Part shown: one piece after another, positions 25,010-37,251 of the stretch
How the letters are laid out: each line of letters starts with the position of its first letter
How positions within the stretch are numbered: position 1 is the first letter of the stretch
Assembly: GCF_009834535.1 (NCBI RefSeq)
Contig: NC_045696.1
Coordinates: 6,636,001 to 6,700,000, forward strand
Length of the DNA stretch: 64,000 nt
Source: Camelus ferus
Lineage: Eukaryota
Direction: 5' to 3'
Program-made: the position numbers and the translations under genes
The notes under the pieces: model-generated
Databases searched by the model: none
The model's input: only the letters and a program-made list of their open reading frames with translations
What the model was told of the DNA's origin: nothing

Positions 25010-25210
25010 TAGCGGGGCAGCACGGCACAGACCAGGGCTGTAAGACGCATGCGCAGAGCCCGGCGGGAAGCCGGCGGCGCGCTCCTGTCACGTGACTGCG
25101 CTGAGCCCAACGAGGGGGCTGTTTACAGAGGGTGGGCAGGGCTGCGGCAGACAGCAGGTGCTGAGATACGCATGCGCAGCAGCCACAGGAGCGCGGTGAC
25201 TTCCCCGGGG
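25010..25210. promoter_or_regulatory. Short CpG-island-like promoter element
   Basis: About 19 CpGs in about 200 bp by manual count. ACGCATGCGCAG twice (25045, 25168; NRF1-like), GGCGGGAA (25062; E2F/E2F6), GTCACGTGAC (25087; E-box/CLEAR), TGTTTAC (25120; FOX), AGGTGCTGA (25156; T-box-like). Confidence 0.7.
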
Positions 25211-25606
25211 ACCCAGGGGATGGGAGGGAGACAGGAGATCCAGACCCAGAGAGAGCTGTGATTGAAGACATAAGAGGGCACTGACGGACAGGGATGCTGC
25301 CAACACCTGGCACTCTTGTTCTGCTCTGCTGTCCCAGCTTCCTCTGGTGCCTCCCTGGGCCAAATCCCATGAGCAGCCACAGGCCAAGGAGCCCAGTTAG
25401 GTCTATTCATAGAGCTCAGTTTCCTGGACCTCAAAACGTGGTGGGGCAGGATGGAGGTGGGTCTGGACTGGCAAACACAGAACGCCCAATACACTGTTAT
25501 TGTGGTTTTTATCTGATGCTTCTAAACCTATTTCACTGACATATTCTGTTTGAATATACGTTTCACCAAAGATCTATATTATTATTATTTATCTTCAGTT
25601 AGTATC

Positions 25607-25829
25607 TGTGATGGCTCATTGTATGTGTGAACTTGACTCAGCCAAAGGATGCACGGATATTTGATTAAACATGATTTCTGGGTTTGTCTGTGAGGGTGTG
25701 TCCAGAAGAGATTAGCATTTGAATTGGTAGACAGAGTAAAGCAGGTGACCTTTCCCAGTGTGGGCAGACATCCAGTCCACTGAGGGCCTCAATGGAGTAG
25801 AAAGACAGAAGAAGGTTGAATTTGCTCTC
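25607..25829 (+). mobile_element. MLT2-family LTR, 5' fragment
   Basis: tgtgatggctcattgtatgtgtgaacttgac...tctgtgagggtgtgtccagaagagattagcatttgaattggtagac. Confidence 0.85.
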
Positions 25830-25910
25830 CCCCTCTATCAAAAAAAATTTAAAATTAAATAAATAAACCTAATTACCTACTTTTCTCCAACCAAAAGAAG
25901 AAATAAAGTC
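25830..25910 (+). mobile_element. 3' tail remnant of a camelid SINE
   Basis: aaataaataaacctaattacct resembles the tail of the SINE copies at 39051 and 53370. Confidence 0.55.
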
Positions 25911-26876
25911 ATTTAATGTAAAAATATAAATAAGAGAATGGAGTCAGAGGACTCATTTTATAGTTGCCCACCACGCATCATACAGGGCAAAGTATTCCAA
26001 ACTGCTTAAGAATAAACACTCTGCGAAGAAAAGGACCAGTTATCTGTGCTTACACAACTGTCTCATGGACACTTTATTATCACGCTCATTTTTAAAATTT
26101 AACCATTGTTGTGTTGTGTAGTCATCATTTGGAGTTTTTCACTGTTTAGAACAATTCCCTGTCAGCAGTCAAACTCCTGTCTGGGAAACATGTGAGGCAG
26201 CCTGTATCTTCCATGATGAGTTTCCAAGAAAACTTTACAGTGAGAGAAGAGGAATTCCTCATCACCAGTGACTGTGAGTGAGGCCACATTGTAAGGACTC
26301 ATTCATAGGAAAGTGTATTCTCATGGTCGGTGCTTGACACATGCCATCTTGAATGAATGAAGCCCCTTTATTGCAATAAAAGGAGTGGGTCCACATTTCT
26401 TCATTTTTGCTCCCAGGGAGGTGGAGCTACGGAAACAGGAGCAGAGATCATCAGGTCATCTTGACAACTGTTTTATCCAGGGGAATGTTAACAATGGCCC
26501 CTCCAGGTGCTGAGGCAAGAGTGTGGCCACAGAGCATCCTTGACCCAAGGTCAAATTCCCTGGTTGATAGGACAGCCTTTGTGCTGGACATTTGAGACCC
26601 AGGAAAGTGACAGAGATGAGAGTCAGTGACACACTGGAGTCTCTGGGACCCTAGCCAGGATCCGTCTTGGCGTCGTGAGCTCTTTTGGTCTCGTTAGAAG
26701 GGCTACCACTTACATAACATGGTAAGGGGGAGAGGTAAGTTCCCTCTGTGAATGCATCAAGTGATACTAAGGCCTTTCTTCTGTTTGGTTTAAAATAATA
26801 GACATTACTTCATGGCAACAAAGCAGCTAAACATGTTAAGAAACCAAATGTGACTCTAAACCCACACCCAGTGATG

Positions 26877-27765
26877 TGTGGTCCAGGTCCCCTAGAGGAT
26901 TGAAGGACGTGTTGCCCCAGCTGTCCGGAGCTCTGCCGCCCACAGCCCTCAGCTGTCAGCTTCCCTCAGGGCTACCTCACCCAGGGTCACAACCCCCTCC
27001 AGGATGCCCCACCTCCAATGTTCAGTTGACTCCGGTGCACAAAGGCTGGCCCTGTTGGCCCACCTTGTAACCAAGCAGGACCCTGTGGAGCTTTCCAGGA
27101 TCAGACCCTTCCCCCATATCCTCTACTGTAGCTCCTCTCTGAAGTACCCAGATAATAGTATCTCATGTATATTCCCTGAGTTTTTCAGATGCTTAAAACC
27201 ACCATCAAAGGGAAGAAAAGAACTACTTGATGATCAAGAATGAACACATGGCCCCCAGACCTTCTGGCACCTAGGAGTTGATAGTGTCGACAGTCCTGTT
27301 ACCTCTAAATCAACCAATCAGAGGATTGTGCATGAGCTGATCACGTACCCTGTAACCCCTCTTCCTTATCTGGCCTTTAAATATGCTTTGCTGAAACCGT
27401 TCGGGGAATTCAGGATTTTCTTGGGCATGAACCATCCCATCCTCCTTGCTTGGCCCTGCAGTAAACCTTTCCCTGCTCCAGATTTTGATGTTTCAGTTTG
27501 TTTGGCTTCATGGTGCAGTGGGCACAGAATCTTACCTTTGGTAACAAACAGCACAGCTCTGAAAGGTCATCCCACCTTCTGATCTCCCTCGAGGATTGGC
27601 AGAGGTTGCTACTGATACTGTCAATTTCAGCTCGACTTCTTCCTTCCCAAATCCTGCTTCCTTCTCTCTTCCACAGGTGTTGATCCCAAGAACAGTCCCT
27701 AAAAAATGCCCTGCATGATCATCTCCATCTCAGAGATGGATTCCTGGGGAACCCACCCTGCAACA
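26877..27765 (+). mobile_element. LTR16-like (ERVL) solo LTR split by a younger LTR
   Basis: cagccctcagctgtcagc near the 5' end; 3' end acaggtgttgatcccaagaac...ctccatctcagag...ggggaacccaccctgcaaca. Confidence 0.8.
27066..27546 (+). mobile_element. ERV1-class solo LTR nested in the LTR16
   Basis: TGTAACC...GGTAACA termini, TATA-like tttaaata, AGTAAA poly(A)-like signal; first ~140 bp homologous to the LTR at 57113-58044. Confidence 0.8.
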
Positions 27766-27852
27766 ATTACCAACCCATTGGCTTACCTTTTGTTAACTGT
27801 TTCTTTTTTTAATTGAAATATAACACATATGCAAAAATGCATTAAAGTCTGT

Positions 27853-28050
27853 ATGATGATTAGTTTTCTGTGTCAACTTGACCAGGCTTTAGAACCTAGT
27901 TATTCAAGTAAACAATAATCTAGGTGCTGCTGTGAAGATATTTTGTATATGTAGTTAACATCTATGATCAGCTAACTTTAAGTATAGGAGATTAGCCTCA
28001 ATAATGTGGGTGGGCCTCATCTAATCAGTTGAAGGTCTTAAGAGTTAAAA
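27853..28050 (+). mobile_element. MLT2D-like LTR, 5' fragment
   Basis: gatgattagttttctgtgtcaacttgacc...atgtgggtgggcctcatctaatcagttgaagg; similar to the copy at 16311. Confidence 0.85.
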
Positions 28051-28074
28051 TTCTCTGCAGAATCCTGACATAAA

Positions 28075-28750
28075 CAGTCTCCCACCATGATTGTGGATTT
28101 GTTTATTTCTCTTTGTAGATCTGTGTATTTTTATTGCATATATTTGGAGACTGTGTAATCAGGTACAGGTAAATCTGATTATTTCATCTTAAATTTGAAA
28201 CTTTTGTTATTCTGAAATGAACCACTTTTAGCTCTGACTTTGTAACTTTTGGTTTGCATAGTATTTTCTCCATACTTTACTTCCATCCTATTGGTTTCTC
28301 CATATTTAAGGTGTGTCTCTTATAAGCAGCATATTTGGGTTTGTTTTATTTTATTTTCTTGTCTGAGGATCTTTATTTTCAATTGGAATACTTAGTCTGT
28401 TTAAGTGTACTGTAATTCGGGTTTAAATCTACTATTTTACTATTTGTTTTCTATTGGCCCTATTTTATGATTTTTCTGTCCTTTATTAAGTTTTTTTATT
28501 TATTTAATATTTTATAATTACATTTCTCCTTTTAGTAGCTTGTTATGCTTGAATTTTTTTCTCGATATTTGCCCTAGAGATTACCACATGCATTCTTGAC
28601 TTAATCACATGCTGTTGCTGTTGTAGATTCTTAATTTCTATTTCAGATCTCATGACACTGATGTTATTATTTATACAATGAATGTCTAGACTTATTCATA
28701 TGTATAGTCTTATTGCTCTTCATTATTTTCTTAATTTTCCTTGTTTCATT
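28075..28750 (-). mobile_element. Old L1M fragment
   Basis: gtctcccaccatgattgtggatttgtttatttct and taaggtgtgtctcttataagcagcata; T-rich antisense L1 composition. Confidence 0.7.
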
Positions 28751-28824
28751 TTACTATACGCCATTTACTGAGATAAATGGGTTACTCGTGTTGCTTGTAA
28801 CTCTAAAGGTGAACTTGCAGTGAG

Positions 28825-29115
28825 TTCCCATTGTATAGATGAGGAAACTGAGGCTCAGAGAGATATTGTCCAATATATACAGTTTAGTAACTAAGAGCAT
28901 AGGCTTTGGAAGCACATAGACTATACCACTTGCTGGTCTTCGCGTTTTGAGTGAGTAGTTTCCCACGGTAAGCCTCTCTTTATCTGTAAAACGGTCAATA
29001 CTAATAACAGTGCCACCACCTCCCTCACGTTCTGGCTGTGAGGCTCTGGTGAGTTAAGGCATGTTAAATATTTAATGCAGCTTCTGGCACATTGTAAGTG
29101 CTCTGCAAATGCTCA
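28825..29115. mobile_element. Two MIR fragments in opposite orientations
   Basis: cccattgtatagatgaggaaactgaggctcagagag (minus), then tttatctgtaaaacgg...tctggcacattgtaagtgctc (plus). Confidence 0.75.
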
Positions 29116-30469
29116 CTTTGCTCGCTGCGATGATTAGCGTCGCTGAAACAGGCACGTTGCCCACTGTCGCTGCCCTCCCATAGTCCCCTTCCAAGGGAAA
29201 CCCCGCCCTCTACAGCAGGAAGGAAGTAGCATTAACCGGCTCTTGATGAAGAGTTGGCCAGGGATCTGACCCAAAGGCGGCCAGTGTATCTGGTGGCCCG
29301 TGACCTTCAGAGTGGCCGGACCTGCACACCAAGTCTCTCCTCAGAAGAGGTTGCCGTGATTGTCTTAGACCATCAGATTCTCTCATTAGGATCTGAACAG
29401 GGAAAGATCAAGAGAATGGTAGTGACTGGAGAAACAACACGACATATTAAGAGAAGAAGAACAGAGAAAATAGTGACCAAAAAGCAATGACAACGTCTCC
29501 ACAGTGGCTGAGTCCAGGGTCATTGGAGCCGGAGCGAGTGGCCTTGAAGAATCCAGCTCTGGAGCACAGCTGGCGCAGTCTTCTTACAGCAGGTCCTGCT
29601 ACTTGCTGGGACTGTACCACAAGGAGCCTGCCGGAATTTTGCCCAGGGTTGTACAGTTGTTAAGCTGCTGGCCATGACAACTGCTCTCAACAAGTCTAGC
29701 CACAAAGGCGTGGCTTTTCTGCTCCGCCCCTCAGACTTTCCATAATTATCCCAGTTGTTCCGGGACTGGGAAAAGTTGCATCTATGTTGCCTAAACTTTA
29801 CAAATGGTGTGAAATGAAAGCTAAATGGACTATTAAGATATCAGGGCTTCTTTGTGTGTTATTGTTCCATTCAAAAGACATTTGAATGGAAATCATGCCA
29901 GGATAAACTGCCTTGTTTTTCATTTTTAGACATAAAGCCCTCTTATCGTTTTTGAAATATGGATTGATTTCAACTGAGTGTAATTTAACTGTTTTATATA
30001 TGGTAACACAATCTTGGAAACTGTGGGGAGAAGTTTGCCCAGCTAATCTCTAATTCCTGTGAATCAGAAATACATACAGCCTCACGCAGAGAAAGTAAAC
30101 GTTGGTTTGTAAAGGAGGGCGATATTCTGCCTCTGCGAGACGGGGGTAGTAATGGCGACTGCTCCCCTTCTCTGGACCGGTCTGCTCCCATCCACGTCTG
30201 GAACTCGGGCCTCCCTTAGCTCCAAGGGCTGTGCGCCGAAGACAGAAAGACCTGTCCAGATCAAAGTCTGGGGAGATGTCTTCAATGACCAAATGCACCA
30301 GTACACCGCATGAGTGGAGCTATGATATCCCAAGTCTCATTGCAAGAAGAAGTCACCCCTGAGGCTGTCTGCAAGATAATGCTTTCTCATCCTGTCCCAG
30401 TTCAAACCTACAGGCATAAACCCCACAGTCAGCAGCAAGGGCCGTTGTTAGGATGAGCTGAAGGGGGCT

Positions 30470-31500
30470 GACTTTTGAAATAAAAAAAGGCTGTATTTTC
30501 ATGCTGTCCCATCCATCTTCTGTTGTGACTATTTTGTGTTGCTTTTCAACGTATAAAGCCCTTGTCTTTTCTGAGATGCACACATATTCTGCTACACATT
30601 CTTCCAGGATTTCTATCATGACCAATTTTTCACATTTAAATCTTTAATCCACCCGGTATTGATTTGAAGGTAATGTATGAGAATACATATCCACATTTAC
30701 CTCATCATATTAATGGACTTCTGTTTCTGGAATTTCTGTGTCATTCCGTTATCCCAAAAATCTTTTCTGTGCCACCACCACCTGTTTTGATTATGTTAAT
30801 ATTAAATTATCTTTCTTTATCTAGTAGGACAAATGTCACAAGTTAATTTTTTTCTCATTTTGTTTCTGTTTTAACTTTGGTCTGCTCATGAATTTATTCT
30901 TCTAGATGAATCTTAGTTTTACTTGAACATGTTTCAGAATAAATCCCACTTGAAATTTAAATGCAATTGTTAAACCTATAAAAGAATTTGGCAAGAACTG
31001 ACATCTTTCCAATATTCAAAAATGGGGTGATTTTTATTTAACACATTTTTTTATGTAACTGTCAGCTTTTTTGGCTGCCTTCACATTTTTTTTTTGCAAA
31101 ATTTTTATAAAGGCACTTTATCTTTTGTTTTATCATTATAAATGGGAAGTTATTTCTATTAAATATTATACTAATATTTTTCCCCTAGATTTTTAGAAAA
31201 GCCATTGATTTGTATAAATTCATTATATGTCTAGCCACTTCATTTTTAAATTTTGGGGTCAGGGGATTTTCTAGACAGAAAGTCATCATTACCTAAAAGT
31301 AGTAAAAAGGTAAATCTCCTTTTTCCCCAATGTTACATATCTCACTACATTGGCTAAGATTTCTAGAACCTTAAGTGATAGTGGTAGAATGCATCCTTCA
31401 CTGGTTCATGGGTTTAGTGGGGACATGTTAATAGTTGGTTGTCAGACATGTCTCTGGCTGTTAATTTCATAGAGTTTCTGTCTGATGTTAAGAAGTGGAG
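30470..31500 (-). mobile_element. Old L1M ORF2 remnant
   Basis: Minus ORF 30353-30625 (IEILEECVAEYVC) resembles L1 ORF2 IKLLEENIGEYL; atttaaatctttaatccacc; aatttggcaagaactgacatctt. Confidence 0.65.
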
Positions 31501-31869
31501 CTTACATTTCTTATTATGTTACCTGCTTCTTCTCTCTAAGAACAAGACTCAGATAATAGTAGCAGTCATATCAGCCAGCATGCATTGAGTGCACATCACT
31601 GCTTTATACACGCTTAATGTAATCATCTCAGTATTTATAATGTAGGGCGGTTATTACCTCCAGGTAAACATAAAGAAACAGAGATGTTACACCGTAACTT
31701 ACATAATATTGTACAACAGCTGTGCTTTAATTTCTTTTCTTAAAAAGCAGGAAGCAGAGATGTTAACCAGCTGATCCTTGATGCTAAGTGCCAGGACTCA
31801 GCTTCGAACCTTGGTCCGTAACAGTCTAGAGTGTGACATATTGATTTTTTTATATGCAAGGCGATTGTG

Positions 31870-32330
31870 GTCATTATTCTTCATGGGACCTCTCCTGCCT
31901 GGGTTTCCTACCATCTGTGCTCTGCGCTAAGCCCCCAGGAGGGTGACCTCTGCAGACTGTACCCCCAGCCTCCCTTGCTGGCCCTCTTCCTAGTAGGTTC
32001 CACCAACTAGGGTCACTGACATGGCATTGGAAGATAAGGAGAAAAGGTAAGGCTATTTCTCCCTCTGCCATCTCCCTGCCTCAGCGTGAAATATTAGTAG
32101 TAGTTGAGTTCACAATAATAGCTCTTTTATCAAAGCTTCAACATGAGGTTCCAGCACCAAATCTTCCCGTTTTCCCGTCAGCCCCAGGGTGGTAACGAGC
32201 TTGCCACGGTTACTATCTCTAGATATCTCACACCCTTTGTATGTTTCCTTAGCCTTGCCAAGCCGGTTTTAAGTTGTCCCTTCATTAAACTCTCTATTTG
32301 GAAAATCTAGTGGGGACTCAGACTAATTCA
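31870..32330 (+). mobile_element. LTR33-like (ERVL) solo LTR
   Basis: cagccccagggtggtaacgagcttgcc...gtcccttcattaaactctct...gactaattca. Confidence 0.75.
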
Positions 32331-32364
32331 GAGCTTTTATTTTTTTTTTAATTAAAAAGTGCAT

Positions 32365-34160
32365 CTTGTAAAACTTCCAGAAGATAACATAGGAGAAAAT
32401 CTAGGTGACTTTGGGTTTAATAATGACTTCTTAGATCTAAAAGTATAATCAGTAAAATAAAAAAGAGATAAGCTGGACTTCATTAAAATGAAAAAGCTTT
32501 TGACAATGATACTGTTAAGAGAATAAAAGAACAAGCCACAGACTGGGAAGTTTTTTTTCAAAATACATATTGGATAAAGGACTTGTATCTAAAATATACA
32601 GAGAATTCTCAAATTTCAACAATAAGAAAACAAAAACCTCAAAATAGGCAAAAGTTCTGAGCACATACCTTACCAAATAAGATATATAAGCATATGAAAA
32701 GATGAGCAACATCATTAGGGAACTGTAAATTAAAACGAAGACATACCATTGTACACCGTTGTATTAGAATGGTCAAAATCCAGAACAGTGACACCACCAG
32801 GTGCTGGGGAGGATGTGGAACAACAGAGACTCATTCATCACTGGTAGGAATGCAAAGTGGTCGAGCAACTTTGAAAGTCAATTTGACAGTTTCTTACAAA
32901 GCAAAACGTACTCTTAGCACGTGACCCAATAATCACCCTCTATGGGATTTGTTCAAAAGAACTGAAAACTTACTTTCAGGCCAAAACTTGCACATGAAAG
33001 TTTGTAGCGGCTTTAATTATAATTGCCAGAACTTGGAAGCAATCTAGGTGTCCTTTGATAGGTGAGTGTATAAACAAACTGTGGTCCATCCAGAGAATGC
33101 GATATTAATCAGCAATGAAAGGAAATGCACTGTGAGCCACAAAAAGACATGGAGGAACCTTAAACACATACTGCTGATTGAAAGGAGCCAATCTGAAACA
33201 GCCACACACTGGACGATTCCTACTGCAGGGGAGAAAAAATAATTTCCCTCTACCCTTCTGAGTTCTTAGCTGAGACTTGTGGTGAAAGACAGGTTAGCAA
33301 GAGAAAAACAAACAGAAGTTTATGAGAATGTCTGGCTCATATATACATGGGAGAGACCAGGAAGAATGAGGAACTCCCCAAGGTAGCTTAGAATTGAGGA
33401 TTAAATACCATCTTAAGAGGGGAAGGAAGGGGGGAGGTAGGGAAGAGTACGGGATTTTTAGGAAAGGCGGTGGGGACCTCTAGAATAGTAGGTGAGAGGC
33501 GTAACAGTTGGTGACCAGGTGTGCTGTTGGCTTCTAATCTCCTCTCCCATGACCAGCACGGAGGGGATTGTGACAGCTGAGTTCCTTTTGGAGGATCTGT
33601 GTTTGGGCAGGTAAGGGGAGTTCAGAGAAAGCCTCTCCCTGCCTTGGCTGTTTTTCTAACGCCCTCGGCTCACAATCATCAAGGTACTGAAAAACATATT
33701 TTGGGGCGTCCTGTCCTGAACTCCTACAGTCACATTTTGGGGTGGCATATTCTCTACCTTTCACTACTATGTGGCATTCTGGAAAATTAAAAACTATGGA
33801 GATAGTGAAAAGATCAGGGGCTTGGTGGGGAGGGAGAGATGAGTCAGTGAAGCACAGGGGATCTTTAGGGCAGTGAAGCTACTATTCTGTGTGACATGCA
33901 GCGGTGGATTCATGCCATTAGACATTTGTCACAACCCATAGAAGGTGCAACACAAAGTGTGGACCCTAATGGAAATTAAGGACTTTAATAAACATGTTTC
34001 AGTATTGGCTCATCACCTGTAACAAACGTACCCAGCAAATGCTATACACTAATAATAGAGGAAGTTGTGGCAGGGGGAGAGACCAGGTGGAATCTTTCTG
34101 TACTTTTTACTTAATTTTTTGATATACCTTTAAGTCCTCTAAAAAATAAAGTCTATTAAT
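32365..34160 (+). mobile_element. L1MC-like LINE (ORF2 end and 3' UTR) split by an LTR
   Basis: aaaacttccagaagataacataggagaaaatct...; ends ctctaaaaaataaagtctatt; L1 sequence is contiguous across the insertion at 33224-33763. Confidence 0.9.
33224..33763 (-). mobile_element. MER34/MER39-like ERV1 solo LTR
   Basis: Reverse complement starts tgaaaggtagagaatatgccaccccaaaat; TG...CA termini; perfect 4-bp TSD ctac at 33220-33223 and 33764-33767. Confidence 0.85.
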
Positions 34161-34169
34161 TTTTTTAAA

Positions 34170-34950
34170 ACGTCTTAATTTTCTGAATGCATTTTCGTCA
34201 TACATAGAGATCACTGTGTAGCATTTACTTTAAACTATAGATGAGATATGTTAAGTTGTTAGATTTCCTAACATGGAGTGATCCTCGTATTCTTGGAATA
34301 ATTCTCTTTGACCATGGTATGTTCTCATTTTAATTTTGCACTGAAATTGATTTGTTAGAATTTCATTTAGAATTTTTACACCTATATTCATATGTGAGAG
34401 TGTCTCATATGCCATTTTTTTTTTAGTTGCATGGTTTTGGTGCTTTCTCTGGTATCAAGTGAGTCTAATTCATAAAAATGAGATTTATATCTAAATTCAT
34501 ATGTATACATTATGCATATGTGTTGTATTGTATACAGTATAAAGTATTTTATATGAAACCTCCTCAACGTGAACGTTTTTGGAGTAAATTTTCTATTTTC
34601 TGAATAATCTTCTCAGTAACATGCAATAGTAATTGGCCTATTCAAGTTTTCTGGCTCTTTTTAAGTAAAGCTTTGTCATCTATACTTGGCCAGAAAATTG
34701 TCCTTTTCATAAAAATACCAAATTTATTTATGGAATGTGTATTTTTAAAGTCACCCTTACTTTTGTAGCTTCCTCTGAATCTGTAGTCATTTTTTGTCAC
34801 TCCCACATTTATGTATTTTTATTTGAATCAAATTTATTGAATTAAAATAGTAAAAATTAAAAGTGAATTTGTGTCTTTTGTTGCATTTTTATTATTCAGA
34901 TAACTAGATTTCAGATTTATGAATTAATCAATTCAACTGTTTTCCCCTCT
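34170..34950 (-). mobile_element. Old L1M fragment
   Basis: ctgaatgcattttcgtcatacatagagatca and cctcgtattcttggaataattc; antisense L1 composition. Confidence 0.6.
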
Positions 34951-34956
34951 CCTGAT

Positions 34957-35220
34957 GTGAGGGGAGAAAATCTCTTCCTTTACTCATCCGAGGGTCTCCT
35001 GCTGGGACCTCTAGGTTAGACTGACAAAAGGCAGACTAACAGGAGAAGACCAAATAGAATTTTATTAACAAGCACATCGTGCGTGCACACATAGGACCAC
35101 TCAGTCACCCGGAGTGGTGGTTAGAACTCAGGTTTAGGTACCAAAAACAGAAAAGGGGTCTGGGGAGCTTCTGCACACGGGAGGAACTTTGTGGGAAGGT
35201 GACCAGGAAAAGTATGGTTA
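34957..35220 (-). mobile_element. ERV1 LTR fragment (MER34-like)
   Basis: tgtgaggggagaaaat...actgacaaaaggcagactaacaggagaagac resembles the corresponding end of the LTR at 33224. Confidence 0.6.
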
Positions 35221-35685
35221 ATTTTTAAATTTTTTTACATCTAATAACTTGAAATACATGTACATATATTTTTTAATTATCTGGTAAGCTTCTTTAAACC
35301 TTAAAACGTGCACTTGAATTGAAATATATTTAATTACTATTGCCAACTAAAGACAGTTTCTACTGATGCTTCTTTACATAAAATTTTAAAATTGGCAGCT
35401 TTTTATTTCCTTGCTCTTCTCCTCCATATAATTTTTAACTTTGGTTGTGATAACCTGGGATTTTAAAAGTGTATGTGTGTGTGCATGTGAGTGTGGGAGG
35501 GAGGGAGGGAGGGAAAGAGACATGCTACTTTCACTTTCAGGAGTATTTACAAATATATGCACTATGTTTTCAATAGTATTTAATAATTGTTACAATTAAA
35601 ATATATTTGATTTTTCTCTAACTTACCTACCATAATTTCTATATTCTCAAGCTTTTACTTTGCTATGACACATACTCAGTTTTGG

Positions 35686-35742
<57 letters not shown>

Positions 35743-35783
35743 TTTCTTCCTTTCTTCCTTTCTTCCTTTCTTCCTTTCTTTCT
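35686..35783. repeat. Compound (CTTT)n/(TTCTTCCT)n microsatellite
   Basis: Read directly. Confidence 0.95.
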
Positions 35784-36309
35784 TAAGAAATGGCATGGAA
35801 GTGAACTACTTTTGGACTACTTGACTATTTACTTTTGTCTTTGCAGATGAAGAAAAATGTGTTTAGTCTAGATTCCTGGGTTACAACCTTTCCCTTTTAA
35901 ATCTCTGTAAATGTTACTCTTATTTATATCTGGTGTTCATTACCATGGAAAAGTCTGCGACAAGAATTGTTTTTCTTAATTTGTAGGTAAATGGACTTTT
36001 CAGCTCAAATACTTGCAGGGTGGACCTTTTGCCTTGAGATTTACAAATTTCACAGAGTTGCATCTAGAGATTGATCTCTGTCTGTTTTTTCACATAAAAA
36101 TAGGTGAAGCATTTTGATTTGCAGATTTAAATTCTTCAGGTGAAAAGCGTGACCTTTTATTTTAGCTTTGATCATTGCTTCTATTTGCTACATTAACACG
36201 CACACATGGACAGAATTGAATTTATCAATCTTCTATTGTAGCTGGATTTTCAGTCTTTTCCTCCTTCCAAGATAATGTTTTATTTGAGTATTTACATGGT
36301 TTCAGCATT

Positions 36310-36960
36310 ACACTTAGATCACCGATCATTTGGGGTTTCTTCTTATGTGAAGTATGGATCCAATTTTATTCTCTTACAAATGAACCTAGGGGTCCCAACA
36401 CCATTCACATGAAAGCTCATAACTTATCCAGTGATTTGAAATGCATCCTTTATCACATATAAACTTACCACAGAGCTAGATCTGTTTCTGGATTTTCTAT
36501 TCTGTTCCATTGGTCTGTCTATTCATGGAACATTTCCACATGGTTTTAATTGCTGAAGGTTGATGGCAAGTTATAACACCACACAGGGTTAAGATGGTTT
36601 CCACTTCCCTTCAGGGTCTCCTTAGCGATTATTGCATTTTTTTTAAATCCATATGAATTTTAGAATCAAATGTCTAGCCCAAAGGAAAACACAAACGTGT
36701 TAGTATTTTTCTTATAATTGTATTCAGTTTACGCATTGATTCAGGAAGAATGGACAGGTCTGTAATGTTGAGTTGTTCTGTCTGTGGATAAGGAGGACCT
36801 TCCTTGTTGTTCAAGTCTGTTATGTGTCTTTCAGGAGTGTTTTTAGTATTCCTCATTTTTTTTCCCCATTTCTTGTGACATTTATTTCTAAGTGTTTTTC
36901 ATTTCTTTTTAAAAGTCAGTGTATTTGTTTACTTACTTTGGCCCTTGTAAGTGGGACCTG
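36310..36960 (-). mobile_element. L1M ORF2 remnant
   Basis: tctgtttctggattttctattctgttccattggtctgtct and ccatatgaattttagaatca. Confidence 0.8.
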
Positions 36961-37251
36961 CCTTTTCACTGTTTTCTAATTTGCAGGGGTGGTCAAGTGC
37001 CTTCTGACGTGTAACATCGTGTTTTTTTCCCTGTAGCCCCTGCCTTTTGCTGCCCTTTTCCCCTTCACCCTCCACAGTGCTTCCCTCTTTCCTGGAAGAC
37101 TCACACCTCTGTTCCTATGGATTTCGAGCCTCTTCCTTTCAGTCCCACGGTAGCCTGTGCTCCAAGCCACGAGACCTCTGACCTGGTCTCCACATCGCCC
37201 GTCTCTGGAGAAGTCTCTCCCTCCTGGGGGTGCTTTCTCACTCCACCACCA

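Noticed and set aside
29519..29574. Peptide motifs VIGAGASGL (FAD-binding GxGxxG-like) and RIQLWSTAG (Rab WDTAG-like) in different frames
   Set aside because: Neither similarity extends into flanking residues and they point to unrelated families; treated as coincidence unless BLASTX shows otherwise
30476..30488. AATAAA plus an A-run, suggesting the end of a processed pseudogene
   Set aside because: Lies at the edge of an antisense L1 remnant, and no TSD or parent gene could be identified
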